Source: Octopus sinensis (Eukaryota). Taken from it: 64,000 bases of DNA. The stretch is from contig NC_043005.1 in assembly GCF_006345805.1 (NCBI RefSeq), positions 41,416,001-41,480,000 of the forward strand, given 5' to 3'. The notes beneath the pieces are model-generated. The model was not told the origin of the DNA. It did not search any database and worked only from the letters and a program-made list of their open reading frames with translations. Below are positions 40,940 through 53,123 of this stretch, one piece after another. The stretch's first letter is position 1; each line of letters begins with the position of its first letter. Position numbers and translations under genes: made by a program.

Positions 40940-41350
40940 TTTCTTTTCTAAGCAATTCTAGGTAATAATCCTTGGTAAGCCTATATAGGTTTCCTGTTTT
41001 ATTCGATTGAACCAGTACCCCATCCATGTTATGAATTTCTTTGGTGATATTGTGAAGATACCCCAGATGTTTATATTTCTCACGATAGACCAGAGATCAT
41101 CTTCAAACTGTTTCAATCTTGGATTAGGTGGAGGATTGTTTTTAGATTTAAACAATTTTTTGAATTCAGAAGTTGGATCATTAGAGGGCTGTTTAATGTC
41201 TTTATTGTCAAAGAAGAGAGTAAGCCATCTAATATGGTTAATAAAAGAGTTTGTCCTACTAATGAGTTGTTTAAGGAAAACCTTTCTTGGGGGAATGGGT
41301 ATATCTTTAAGAGATGCATTTATATCAAATAACTCCATTTGTGATAAACT
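40940..41350 (-). mobile_element. Penelope-like element, N-terminal ORF fragment
   Basis: SLKDIPIPPRKVFLKQLISRTNSFINHIRWLTLFF...PPPNPRLKQFEDDLWSIVRNI resembles, from memory, the pre-RT region of PLE ORFs. Confidence 0.65.
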
Positions 41351-41548
41351 ATTTTATTAGCAGGTTATATGTAAAGCTGGTTGAAGTGTGTATAAATGTA
41401 TGTATGTTTTTTCAATGTTTACAAATAACACAGAAAAAATAAATAGTTACTAAGGTAGCAAAAACTCATGCAAGTACCAAGGATGTGAGGTAAATCTTTT
41501 GTCTGCTTTGTAATGTATCCTTTCACCCCTCCCTCTCATAAGCCCTTT

Positions 41549-41583
<35 letters not shown>

Positions 41584-41903
41584 AAATCAAATAAGTAACA
41601 AGGACATCCTTCTTACTTATTTGCTTTTATTCACCTTTGAGCTGTGAAGATAATACCGGACTGACTTGGTGCTTCAACTTAAGTCCCTAATTCAACTGAA
41701 TTTTAATTATTTCTTATATATATATATATATATATGTACCGGAGTAAACACATAAATGTGAAACAAGGTGGAAAAAAGAGTACTCGAATAGCAAAAACTG
41801 TCCGACGAACGGCAACGGGAAACTCAGAGTAACAGGTTTTGTTGAATTTTCTGCTGCTTTAAATAAAGTTTATATGTATGTATATAACATATATACACAC
41901 ATG

Positions 41904-41937
<34 letters not shown>

Positions 41938-41948
41938 TACACACACAC

Positions 41949-43343
41949 ACATGACAGAAGTAAATAGACACCCTTATAATCATTAAAATTTACTTAAATC
42001 TGAAATTGTATATTCAAATTATTTATTAATTGTTATAATGTGAATATTTAATATTTGATAGACATGCCCCTTGCATTTTTCAATGCAAGGACTTTATTAG
42101 GTATGTTAATGATCAGATGATGAATATTCTTGTAGAATTTCTTGCCAAGTTTCAAATAGTAATCTCAAAAGATCTGGCTTTGAAGATGCTTTGTTGTTCT
42201 TTTTATAAAGTGTCCTGTCCCTTATGCCCTAGAAGTGTTCAATAGGGTTCATATCTGGTGACTGGCTTAGGCATGGAATCTCTTTAATGCTATTTTCATC
42301 CATCAAATCTTGGGTAATTTTAGCTGTATGACAAGGAGCCACTAGCATAGCTGGTGGGGGATGAGGCACTTTCATCCTGTTGTAGGCTATTGCTGTAAGC
42401 AATTTGTGTTTTTTGTTGAGCCTGGGGGTGGCAAACAGAAGGGCCACCCCAGACAGCACACACCTTAGCTATGCTAGTGCAAGGAGCCCCATCTTCCATA
42501 AATAAAGAGTCTTCTTCTTTAATCATTTCATCACTGGAGAAGATTGGAATGAGTCCTTGCTGCAATGTGGACACATTTATCTGAGTTTATGTTTCTTTCA
42601 GCTCCGAACAACTATTGCTCCAATCAACTATTGTTCCAAATTGCTTCCCTGACCATTAGAAAATTGCTGCCATGTCTTACTGCTGGCTGCAAGCTTTTCA
42701 AATCAAATCCTTGATCACAGAATCTCCAGACCCACACTTGACCACTGTCAGGAAATACAGCAAATTTGAACTCATCAAAGAATATGAAAGTGCCCCAATG
42801 TTCTAGTGGCCTCTTCACCATTTCACTGGTCCAATCTTTTCTCCACTTGATGTTGACTGGTTGAAGAGGTGGTTTCCTTCTTGCAGCTCTGCTATAGTAA
42901 CCAAGTTTGTAGAGATACCTGACAGCTGTTCTGAGACTAACATAAACTTGTTCTGCTATATCAGAGGCCTTGCAATGAGGATTATTTTCAACACTTCTCT
43001 TAGCAAAGAGAAGGGTCTGGTCAGAGGGTCCTGGTTGACCTGGGTGAGGTGATGTTGACTCTTTCCTTCCCTAGTGAAATACACAATCACTCTAACAACT
43101 GTAGAAAGTGGGATCCCAAGGTTTGCTGTGATTTTATGCTATGTCCACCTTCAGAATGATCCACAATATGGCCACTTTGAAATTCAGACAGTTTCAATGC
43201 TTCTTTTGTACATGACATGATTAAACAGTCATATATAGAATCTGAAACATAAAAATGTCAATTAATAAAAAATATAAACTTTTACAAGGCAGAAAAAATA
43301 TAAAATGATTTTTTTATGGGGTGTCTATTTACTTCTGTCATGT
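41949..43343 (-). mobile_element. Decayed Tc1-type DNA transposon with 25-bp TIRs
   Basis: TIR acatgacagaagtaaatagacaccc at both ends. Transposase remnants FDEFKF, PAVRHG, FMEDGAPC, SQSPDMNPIEHF, with frameshifts. Confidence 0.9.
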
Positions 43344-43484
43344 CTGTGGATACATCATCATCATCATTGTTTAATGTCCATTTTCCATGCATGCATGAGT
43401 AGGATGGTTGACAGGAGTCAGCCAGGTAGAAAACTACCCTAGGCTACTGTGTCTGCATCTCATCTAAACTAACTCTCTCTCTGC

Positions 43485-43537
<53 letters not shown>

Positions 43538-43542
<5 letters not shown>

Positions 43543-44830
43543 ATATATATATATATATATAAAGCTCAACTTGTGTGTCTGTGTGTGTATCTGTGTGTGT
43601 GTCTGTGTGTTTAACTTCCCGGCACATCTCCTCCTAGCCAACAAATTGTAGAACCACAAGAAATGGGTCACTTAAAGTTTAGGCGAATGAAAATTGAACT
43701 GCGCTATTTCTGTTCCGAAATTCATCTTGCAAGTGCAAAAATCGATAATGTGTTTGTTTAGGCCTTATCCCATGCATTGAATAGTGGACTTTACTCAGTC
43801 AGCTGTTTGACGTGAACTATGTTCAACACGCGTGCAAGCATGCGTAAATTGCATGAAAAATAAAAAAATCAAGATATAAAAACGAATCGCTGTAAACATT
43901 GTAGAAATTCGGCAAAGAAATGAATTTTCGGGATGTAGCCTGGAGGGTTTTTTCGTATTAATCGTTTGGACTTTGTGAACACATACCAATTGTTTTCATA
44001 ACATTTGTAACGCTTTGAATTAAATGTGACCATTTTGCGTTGAGTCTGCAGTTTGAATCACTTTAACCAAATTTTAGCAGGCCGGATTTTTGATCATCAC
44101 GATACATCGCCAGCGACTCCCTGAAATCCCCGTTGAGAAATCTATATATATAAAACTCAACTTGTGTGTCTGTGTGTGTAACTGTGTTGTGTCTGTGTGT
44201 GTGTCTGTGTGTTTAAGTTTTGGATCTACCTAGTTTCATTATTCGGGATGGAAAGTAGTGTGTAGCAAATCTATATATATAAAACTGAAGTTGTCTGTGT
44301 TTGGTAGGTTTGGTAGCCTTCAACTAACACTATCTCCTTCAAGACCCTGCAGCACAAGTTGACCAAAATTGAAAGTATGATAGAAGAAGGCTTGCTCTTC
44401 ATTCTGTAGAAGATAAAATTCAAATCTGACCATGGAAAAATGTTCACTTAAAGTGAATAACAAGTTGCATAATGCAAAATTTTTACTTTTCAAAAATTCC
44501 AATTCTAAAGGGTCGAAACAAACCCAAGCAACACCGGGTGATACTGCTAGTATATATATAAAGCTGAGAATGTATGTCTGTCTGTATGTGTGTATCACTA
44601 AAACTCGAGAACTACCCAATGGATTTCATTAAAATTTTACACATGCCTTACTTAGGGTTCATGCTGTGTGATGGGTCAAAACAATTTTCAACTTCTTGCC
44701 TAATGCGAGCCCGGAGCAATCTCTTATCTCTTACACTGTTTCCACCTGTATTAGTACTTACACTATTATGTGGTTTCAATTTCAGTTACTTTCGTTATGC
44801 ATCTATATATATTAATTTCATTTCTATTAC
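43538..44830 (+). mobile_element. Stack of Helitron-like elements
   Basis: Four (TC)TATATATATAAA(A/G)CT 5'-type ends at ~43538, 44141, 44270 and 44551. 3' CTAG|T ends at 44233 and 44550, the latter with hairpin cccaagcaacaccggg. Confidence 0.75.
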
Positions 44831-45032
44831 TTTCAATATGTATTTATATACGTGTCTCTATATGTATGTATGTATCTATACACACACACACACACATATA
44901 TATATACATTTATATATATATTTATATATTTGTATATATATATAAATATATATATATTATATATATATATATATAATATATATACATATATATATACATA
45001 TATATATACAATATATATATATATATTATATA

Positions 45033-45079
<47 letters not shown>

Positions 45080-45154
45080 TATATGTATGTATATGTACAT
45101 ATATATATATATGTATGTATATAAATATATGTGTATATATATTATGTATATATA

Positions 45155-45450
45155 TGTCATCATCATCATCGTTTAACATCCGTTTTCCATGCTAGCATGG
45201 GTTGGACGGTTCGACCGGGGTCTGGGAAGCCAGGATGCTGCACCAGGCTTCAGTCTGATCTGGCAGTGTATCTACAGCTGGATGCCCTTCCTAATGTCAA
45301 CCACTCAGCGAGTGTAGTGGGTGCTTTTTACATGCCACTGGTACACAAGCCAGTCAAGGCGGCGCTGGCATTGACCACGTTCGGATGGTGCTTTTTACGT
45401 GCTGCTGGCACAGGTATCACAACTAAAATTTCCATTTGATATTTATTTTG
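45155..45450 (-). mobile_element. RTE-type LINE 3' end ending in (GAT)n. Further copies at ~9350-9605, 14575-14770, 15480-15760, 32810-33040, 43360-43450, 46115-46340 and 47180-47400
   Basis: Shared gtggttggcattaggaagggcatccagctgtagaaa...gcatggaaa..(gat)n. Confidence 0.8.
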
Positions 45451-45584
45451 ATGTTGATGTACTTGACTCAATAGGTCTCCTCAGTGTGTATAAATATATA
45501 TATATTTATATATATATATGTATATCTGTATATATGTATATATACATATGTGTGTGTGTGTGTGTATATATAAATATATACTCT

Positions 45585-45955
45585 TTTACTCTTTTACTTG
45601 TTTCAGTCATTTGACTGCAGCCATGCTGGAGCACTACCTTTAGTCGAGCAAGTCGACCCCAGGACTTATTGTTTGTAAGCCTAGTACTTATTCTATCGGT
45701 CTCTTTTGCCGAACCACTAAGTTACGGAGACATAAACACACCAGCATCGGTTGTCAAGTGATGTTGGGTAGACAAACACAGACACGCAACACACATATAT
45801 ATATACATATACATATATATATACGATGGGCTTCTTTCAGTTTCTGTCTACCAAATCCACTCACAAGGCTTTGGTTGGCCCGAGGCTATAGTAGAAGACA
45901 CTTGCCCAAGGTACCATGCAGTTGGACTGAACCGGGAACCATGTGGTTGGGAAGT
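45585..45955 (-). mobile_element. SINE family A
   Basis: Collinear with 1160-1540. Confidence 0.9.
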
Positions 45956-46067
45956 AGTATATATATGTATATATATACATACGTATATATATACATATAT
46001 ATTCGAATTTTCGAATTTTCGCTTCATTCCGTCTCTTATCCTCCCAGTATTGTTTTTTATACATATA

Positions 46068-46116
<49 letters not shown>

Positions 46117-46535
46117 TCATCATCATCATCATCATCATTTAGCGTCCGCTTTCCATGCTAGCATGGGTTGGACGGTTCAACTGGGGTCTGTGAAGCCAGA
46201 AGGCTGCATCAGGCCCAGTCTGATCTGGCAGTGTTTCTACGGCTGGATGCCCTTCCTAATGCCAACCACTCCGTGAGTGTAGTGGGTGCTTTTTACGTGC
46301 CACCCGCACAGGTGCCAGATGGAGCTGGCAAACGGCCACGAACGGATAGTGCTTTTACATATATATATATATGTTTATATCTATCTATATATATATATAT
46401 ATATATAATATATATATATGTATATGTATGTATATATATATATATATATATATTGTTGTATTTCGGAATGGTCATTTTGCCAGTTTAGCCAATAAATATA
46501 TGGAGTTAAACGCACATGTTATTCAAATTCTTTTT

Positions 46536-46622
46536 CTTCCGACACATGTTTCGAAGATATCACTGGTATTATTCCAAAGGAATAAAATGGTGTAAAACAA
46601 TGTAATCTTCTCTTCAAGGAAA
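46536..46622 (-). ncRNA. Type-I hammerhead-like motif with extended stem II and C3U core change
   Basis: UUUCC-UUGAAGA-GAAGAU..(46 nt)..AUCUUC-GAAA-CA(UG)UG-UC-GGAAG; GUC triplet. Confidence 0.55.
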
Positions 46623-47615
46623 TGAAGAAATGAAACTCGTCAATAAAACATTTTAACAGAAAACGATAGATATGTATAGTGACTGGCTATAGTAATTGTG
46701 TTAGGATTTTCAGTTTAATTAAATATAACATTTGGTACAAACATGCACACCTAGTGTGGTCAGGGAGAAGAGCAGTGATGAACTTCCTTAACATTGCATT
46801 TGTCTGTTGTTAGCAAAGCAAGATTCTAATTCATAAAGGACTTCTTGAAGTCAGGGTACAGCTGCACCTGAGTATCAGAGGATATGATTGCAATCTAGTT
46901 ACTACAGGATACTGTGTTTAGAGTGTGAGGTAATGTACGGGTGGCCATCATCATCATCATCATCATCATCATCTTTTGTTTTCAAAGTTTGGCACAAGGC
47001 CAGAAAGTTCTGGGCAGGGAGAAAGTCGATTACTTGACCTCAGTGTTCAGCAGGAATTTATTTTATGTCAGTCCCAAAAGGATGAAAGATAAAGTCAACC
47101 TTGGTGAAATTTGAACTCAAAATGTAAAGGTGGATGAAATGCTGCTAAGCATATTGCCTGGCATGGTAACGATTGTGCCAGTTTGCCACCAATGTCCATT
47201 TTCCATGTTGACAAGGGTTGAGTGGTTTGAGAGATACTGAGAGGCCAGAGAGCTGCACCGGGTTCCAATTGTCTGTTTAGGCATGGTTTCTATGGCTAGA
47301 TGCCCTTCCCAATGCCAACCTCTTTACAGAGTGTACTGGGTGCTTTGTATGTGATACTAGTACAGGTGCCCCTTACATGGCACCAGCATGTACAACTTGG
47401 TAACAAGAGTTGCCAAGTAACTTGTTAGACAGAGACCTCGGAAGTGACTGTGTGCCAAGCAGGAGATTAGAGTATAGTAGAGGGACAGAGATAGTTGTCT
47501 TACTATAGAAGAGATATTTAGCTACCTGTGCAGGACAAGGAAGAAGAAAGAAGGTGGGAGAGGGTTAGAGAGAGAGAGATAAAGAGACAGTCAGTGTGTG
47601 CGTATGTGTGTCTGT

Positions 47616-47657
<42 letters not shown>

Positions 47658-48308
47658 GACAGTGTTGGAGCTTACCCACAGGAAACAGTGGGGAGGAAGT
47701 ATAAGTGGTACAGAGGGAATAGAGGAGTATATTCCATAAGAGTGTGAGGGAGTATGTTTAGGCATGGGGAAGACATACCCATAGCAAGTGATGGAGTGTA
47801 CAAACAAATTAAAGAGAAAGGATAATAGAACACAAAACCTTACAGAATTCCTTTTGATTAGTAAAGAAATATTTGAAATGTTGTTATAGTCTACAATGTA
47901 GCCGTAACACTATTCCATGCAATTAGTAATCTAGAAAGGTATTTATACTTCTCCATAGATAGAAAGTAGCTTTATTTACTGATTGTGGTTAGTATGACAT
48001 GTCATAGAAGCTTCTGTTATTGGAATCGTCAAAAATGTATTATGGAAAATTAATGAGCCGCATCATATCAGTTGACCATAAAGATCAGAATCTGTTTTAG
48101 TCGTTAGAGAAATATGTTTGGATTGACGAAGTCAAAGATAAACCCAGATAGAATCTATGAAGGTGTTCATAGGAAAATGATAAAATGCTCTGTGTTTTAA
48201 AATTTTTTTTTTTTCTTTCTTAGTTTCAATAATCTAAATATTTGGCAATGTTTAAAAGAGTAGCTAAGATTGTTGCTATTTAATCAAGATGAGTGGTGAA
48301 CTGCATAA

Positions 48309-48560
48309 TCTATTATATAAAATCTGTTCTGTCTGTCTGTGTGTGTGTCTTCTAGGATCTCGGGCATCCTCCATCTGATTGCATTCAAATTTGATATGTA
48401 GATACTGACGGCATCAAGGCGTGTATAAGTCTTGAAAAAATTGCAAAAATCGATTCCAGGTGAGAATGCGATCGATAAAGCCATGGGAGCATGCATTTGT
48501 AAAATCGTTTTTCTTGGAATAGAAAAAAAGTCTATCTTTATTTCTTCTTTTGCTGATGTC
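48309..48560 (+). mobile_element. Helitron-like 5' fragment (end uncertain)
   Basis: A|TCTATTATATAAAATCTG start followed by (GTCT/GT)n; CpG-richer than the flanks. Confidence 0.5.
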
Positions 48561-48719
48561 TCAAATTTAGGTTAAATCAGTGTTTCTCAAAGGGGAGGCC
48601 TATCGGACGGGCGGACAAGTTGTTTTGAGAAAATTTGGTTTAAATGTTTGACAACTCAGCACCGTCCATTGGAGGGGGGGGGGGCGTTTTGCTCATTGTT
48701 AACATTGGACAAAATGTCA

Positions 48720-49285
48720 CATGATATTTAGTTACAGTTCTTTATATTATGAATTCAAATCCTACCCAGATCAACTTTGCATTTCATCCTTTCAAGGTTG
48801 ATAAAGTAAATACTAATCAAGTGTTGGATCAATATAACCAACTACACTAAGGCCGGTAGAATTGTTTGTATGCTGGACAAAATGCTTAGTGGTATTTCTT
48901 CTACCTATACCTTCTGAGTTCGAATTCAACTGAAGTTGACTTTGACTTTCATCCTTTCAGGTCCGATAAAATAAGTACCAGTTGAGCACTGGTGTTAATG
49001 TAACCAACCTACCCCTTACCAAAAAATTGCTGGCTTATGCCAAAATTTGAAACCATTATTATTATTAAGGTGGTGAGCTGGCAGAATCATTAGCTTGCCA
49101 GACAAAATACTTAGTGGTATTTCTTCTGACTTCATGTTCTGAGTTCAAATACTGCTGAAGTCGACTTTGCCTTTCATCATTTTTGGGGTTGATAAAATAA
49201 GTACTAGATGAGCACTGGTGTTGATGTAATTGACTTATCCCCTCTCCCCAAAATTGCTGGGTTTGTGCCACAATTTGAAACGATA
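48720..49285 (+). mobile_element. Three tandem SINE B copies. Others at ~30000-30265, 30520-30712, 33215-33425(-), 39553-39700, 46975-47172(-), 59620-60040, 60295-60504(-) and 63590-63810(-)
   Basis: Repeated Nin-type core. Confidence 0.85.
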
Positions 49286-51359
49286 TAATCAACTATCCTC
49301 TCCCCAAAATTTCTGGCATTGTGCCTATATTGGAAATCATTTAGTCTAGACTAACTTGGAACATAAAAAGGCACATAATCAGAAGATTCCATGCCTTATC
49401 ATCCCCTATTGTTTGAAGTGAAGTGTATCTCAGACAATATTATACAATATATCCTTTATTTTTTAAGTTCAGAATGATTCGAGGGAGATTGGACTCACTG
49501 AAGATATTTGTTACTGATGGGATTTTCTAGTGGGTTAAGTTTTAAGATAATGCTGCAAAGTGCTATAAACTGAGTTACATTTTGAATTATTTTGTTTGTG
49601 TGTTTCAGAAGGGACTACATCACATTAAGGCCAAGGTTATGGTGGTAGACATATATCTAGCCTATTATGTTTCTGTTTGTTTGATTGATTGTGAAGAGTA
49701 GTTTGTTTTGTGACACCTTGGGTAAGTGTTTTCTAATATAGCCTGCGGCCAACCAAAGCCTCATGAGTGGATTTTGGAGATGGAAACTGAGAGAAGCCTA
49801 TTGTAATATATATATATATAAATATATATATACATATTCTTTTTATTCTCTTACTCGTTTCCCTCATTTGACTGTGGCCATACTAGAGCACCACCTTTAG
49901 TCAAACAAATCGACCTCAGGACTTATTCTTTGTAGGCCTAGGACTTATTCTATCAGTCTCTTGTGCTGAACTGCTAAGTTATAGAGATGTAAACACACCA
50001 ACAATAGCTAGGAATTACTAACACTATTTTTAATTAAGAAATCAGTGTAGTTCAGCTGGAGCTGTGGATGCATCTCTGTAGAGGAATTGGTTTTTATCTA
50101 GAGATACAAGCTGGATAGGAATGTTTTTTATATGCTTTTTTGTTGTTCATTTCTGTTGTTTAACCCTAATTTAGCCTTGATCAAGAACTAATTTTCAAAT
50201 ACAATATTTCTATAATTTTCATTTTGCTTGTTCTGTACATGAAAAATACTTTACTATGTTTAATTTATAAAATACGGATTCAAAGAATTTGACATCAACC
50301 TTTTCAAAAGTTTATTGTTCCTGTAGTAAGCTATGAGATTCTTACATTCTCTCAATTTCCTGTAATTCAGACTGCCTCATGGTCCCAGAAGACAAAATGG
50401 AAAAGGCATTGTCCCAGAGGATGGTGAAGGAGATGTGCTAGAACAGCCATGCTGACTTACAGGGCTTGCACTTATACTCAAGACTCTTCCATTCAAATTT
50501 TGTACTTCGCAGACTTTTGAAAGTCTGTGGAGTACAAAAATTGATTGTATGAATCTTAAGACTGTTTGCAGTAGTCAGTATACACTCCTTCAAAAAAGTA
50601 TGTGTTCACTGAATGTGCAATGCATATATAATTATTACTACCTTATTTTAGGAAATGAGTCTTTTGTGAATATTAATTTCTTTTGCACACTAATTGCTCA
50701 AACAATGTTGCATGGAACATCACTAGTCTCTCTGGATCGAAGGCATTCCTTCTGTGGCCATCCCATTTTTTAATTTAAGACCACATATATCTATGCTCTC
50801 CATTTTTCTCTCTCCATCTGTTTTCTCTCTTCATTCCTTTCTGTAGAAGAGCATAAGCTCGAAACATCAAAGACTTTTACAGTTTTCCCTGAGTGCAAAA
50901 TACCCTGTTTAATGTTCCCTCACTGTCTCTGTCTTTTTTTTTGTACAGTTTGGAACCATATATTTATGACTACCTTATCCAGTGTGTCTTTCCTTCTTTA
51001 TAGGGCATGGTGTGACCAGCAGGAAATATGCAAGCAACCATGTAGAGATTAACTGATTGGCTCATTGAAAAATTTTTTTAGTTATTTAATGCTTAGTTTA
51101 TTTTAGTTTTAGTGTTTAGCTCCAGGTCAACTTTGATAAATCGAATCAAAAGTGTTTCAGTCCTGACATCTTGTCTTTTATTGAAAGACAGTGGTTCTTG
51201 CATTGTACTATCAAATGTCTACAATTTCTAACAGATTGAGTGCAAAGGGGCTTTTTTAAACAATTGTTTAACCCAAGTTGAACCTTCATCTAACAGACCT
51301 ATGATCAAAGGCATTCCAACCATGACCATCTTGTCTTATTTCCAGATTGGTATATTTAA

Positions 51360-51591
51360 CCCTTTAGCATTTAAACTGGCAATATCCGGCCCAAATATTT
51401 GATCTGTTTTATGTTCAAACCAGCCAGATCTGATCTCCCACACTTATCCTACAATGTTGTTATAAAAAATGCAACAATCACATTATTGAACTCTCAAAGC
51501 TACAAGATAATGCATAATTAATCCAAAACAATGGCATTGAATAAGCTCTGCATTTGACAGAAAAATCTAAATGCTAAAGGGTTAAGATTAC
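51360..51591. mobile_element. piggyBac-type MITE (family 2); related decayed copy at ~28427-28643
   Basis: TTAA|CCCTTTAGCATT ... AATGCTAAAGGG|TTAA. Confidence 0.85.
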
Positions 51592-51779
51592 ATTCTTGAA
51601 GGAATAGGAAAGAGAGAATAGGGGTTAAGGAAAAGAAAATGTGAATGTGTAGATAACTGCATAAGGGTGTGTAATGAGTGTGGTAGATTATTAGAAAAGG
51701 GGATTGAGGTGGACATAGTGAATATCTGTTTGGGAGAGGGAACTTTATACAACTATTCTCATCCATCCACATTACATGA

Positions 51780-52095
51780 CCATATCAGAACATTCTTCTC
51801 TCTTGTGCACCACATCTGATGCCTCTTATGCCTAATTTTTTCCCATTATTTTTATTTTGTCATACATACTGATGTTGTACACCTAGGAGAGCATACTAGC
51901 TTCATTTCTTTCTAGTTTTCACATGGCCTCTGCATTCATGGTCATAGTTTCAAAACCATGTAGCATGTGTATATGAATGCAGCATCATACAATCTGCCTT
52001 TCACTCTGAGGGATAGGTCTGTTGTTATCAACAGTGGTAATAGCTCTCTAAACTCTCTCCAGCCAGCTCTTATTCTAGCAACAACACTTTCTATG
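51780..52095 (-). mobile_element. RTE LINE coding fragment
   Basis: ESVVARIRAGWREFRELLPLL...LSLRVKGRLYDA matches the post-RT region of RTE elements. Confidence 0.8.
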
Positions 52096-52249
52096 TATCT
52101 ATGTATGTATATATACATACATATATACATATGTGCATATGTGTGTATGTGTGTGTGTATGCAGATGCGAGCTGGTGTAAACTGGTGCATCGAATAAAAG
52201 TACCTTTTCAAGGTGGACTTAGTCATTCAATAAACTCATAAAGTTGGTG

Positions 52250-52640
52250 CAGGCATGGCTGTGTGGTAAGAAACTTGCTTCTCAACCACATGCTTCTGGG
52301 TTCAGTCCCACTGTGTGACACTTTGGACAAGTGTTTTCTACTATAGCCTTGGGCTAACCAAAGCCTTGTGAGTGGATTCAGCAAATAGAAACTGAAAAAA
52401 AGCCTGTTGCATATGTGTGTGTGTGTGTGTATGCCTTTGTGTCAGTGTTGTCTCCCCACCATCACTGATGTTGGTGTGTTTACATCCCTCACTTGATGGT
52501 TTGACAAAAGACTGACAGAATAAGTACTAAGCTTACAAAGAATAAGTCCTGGGGTCGATTTCTTTGACTAAAACCCTTTAAGGCAGTGCTTCAGCATGGC
52601 CACAGTCATATGACTGGAACAAGTAAAAGAATAAAAAAGT
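52250..52640 (+). mobile_element. SINE family A. Partial copies also at ~2875-3020, 3950-4100, 16420-16560, 17760-18020, 23450-23615, 40615-40925, 49700-50005 and 52940-53070
   Basis: Shared head, core and tail sequences. Confidence 0.88.
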
Positions 52641-53062
52641 TGTAGTTTAGTTTTAGCCCTGATTCAATAGATTGATGAGTAAAAAGCATTCCAGCCATGA
52701 CTTCTTTCTTCAGGTATACTTCGGAATTCATTCCAATCTAAATTTTTTTAAGGCGGTAAGGTGCAACTTGGGGTAACTTGATTAACTATCTCAGGCAGGC
52801 CAAAGAAACCATGTGAAGAAGAGGTGGGGTATCTGTGCCAGCCGGTAGAACTTCAGGTGTATTTTAATTTGTAACTACCCACTTAATTTGTAAAACCTCA
52901 CACAATGAAAGCAAAACAGTAATTTAATATAGGCACAGGTGTGGTTGTATGATAAGAGATTTGCTTCCCAGCCACACGCTTCCAGGTTCAGTCCTGCTGT
53001 GTGACAATGTGAACAAATGACTTTTGAGGGATTTGGTAGAGGGAAACTGAAACAAGCCAATC

Positions 53063-53123
<61 letters not shown>

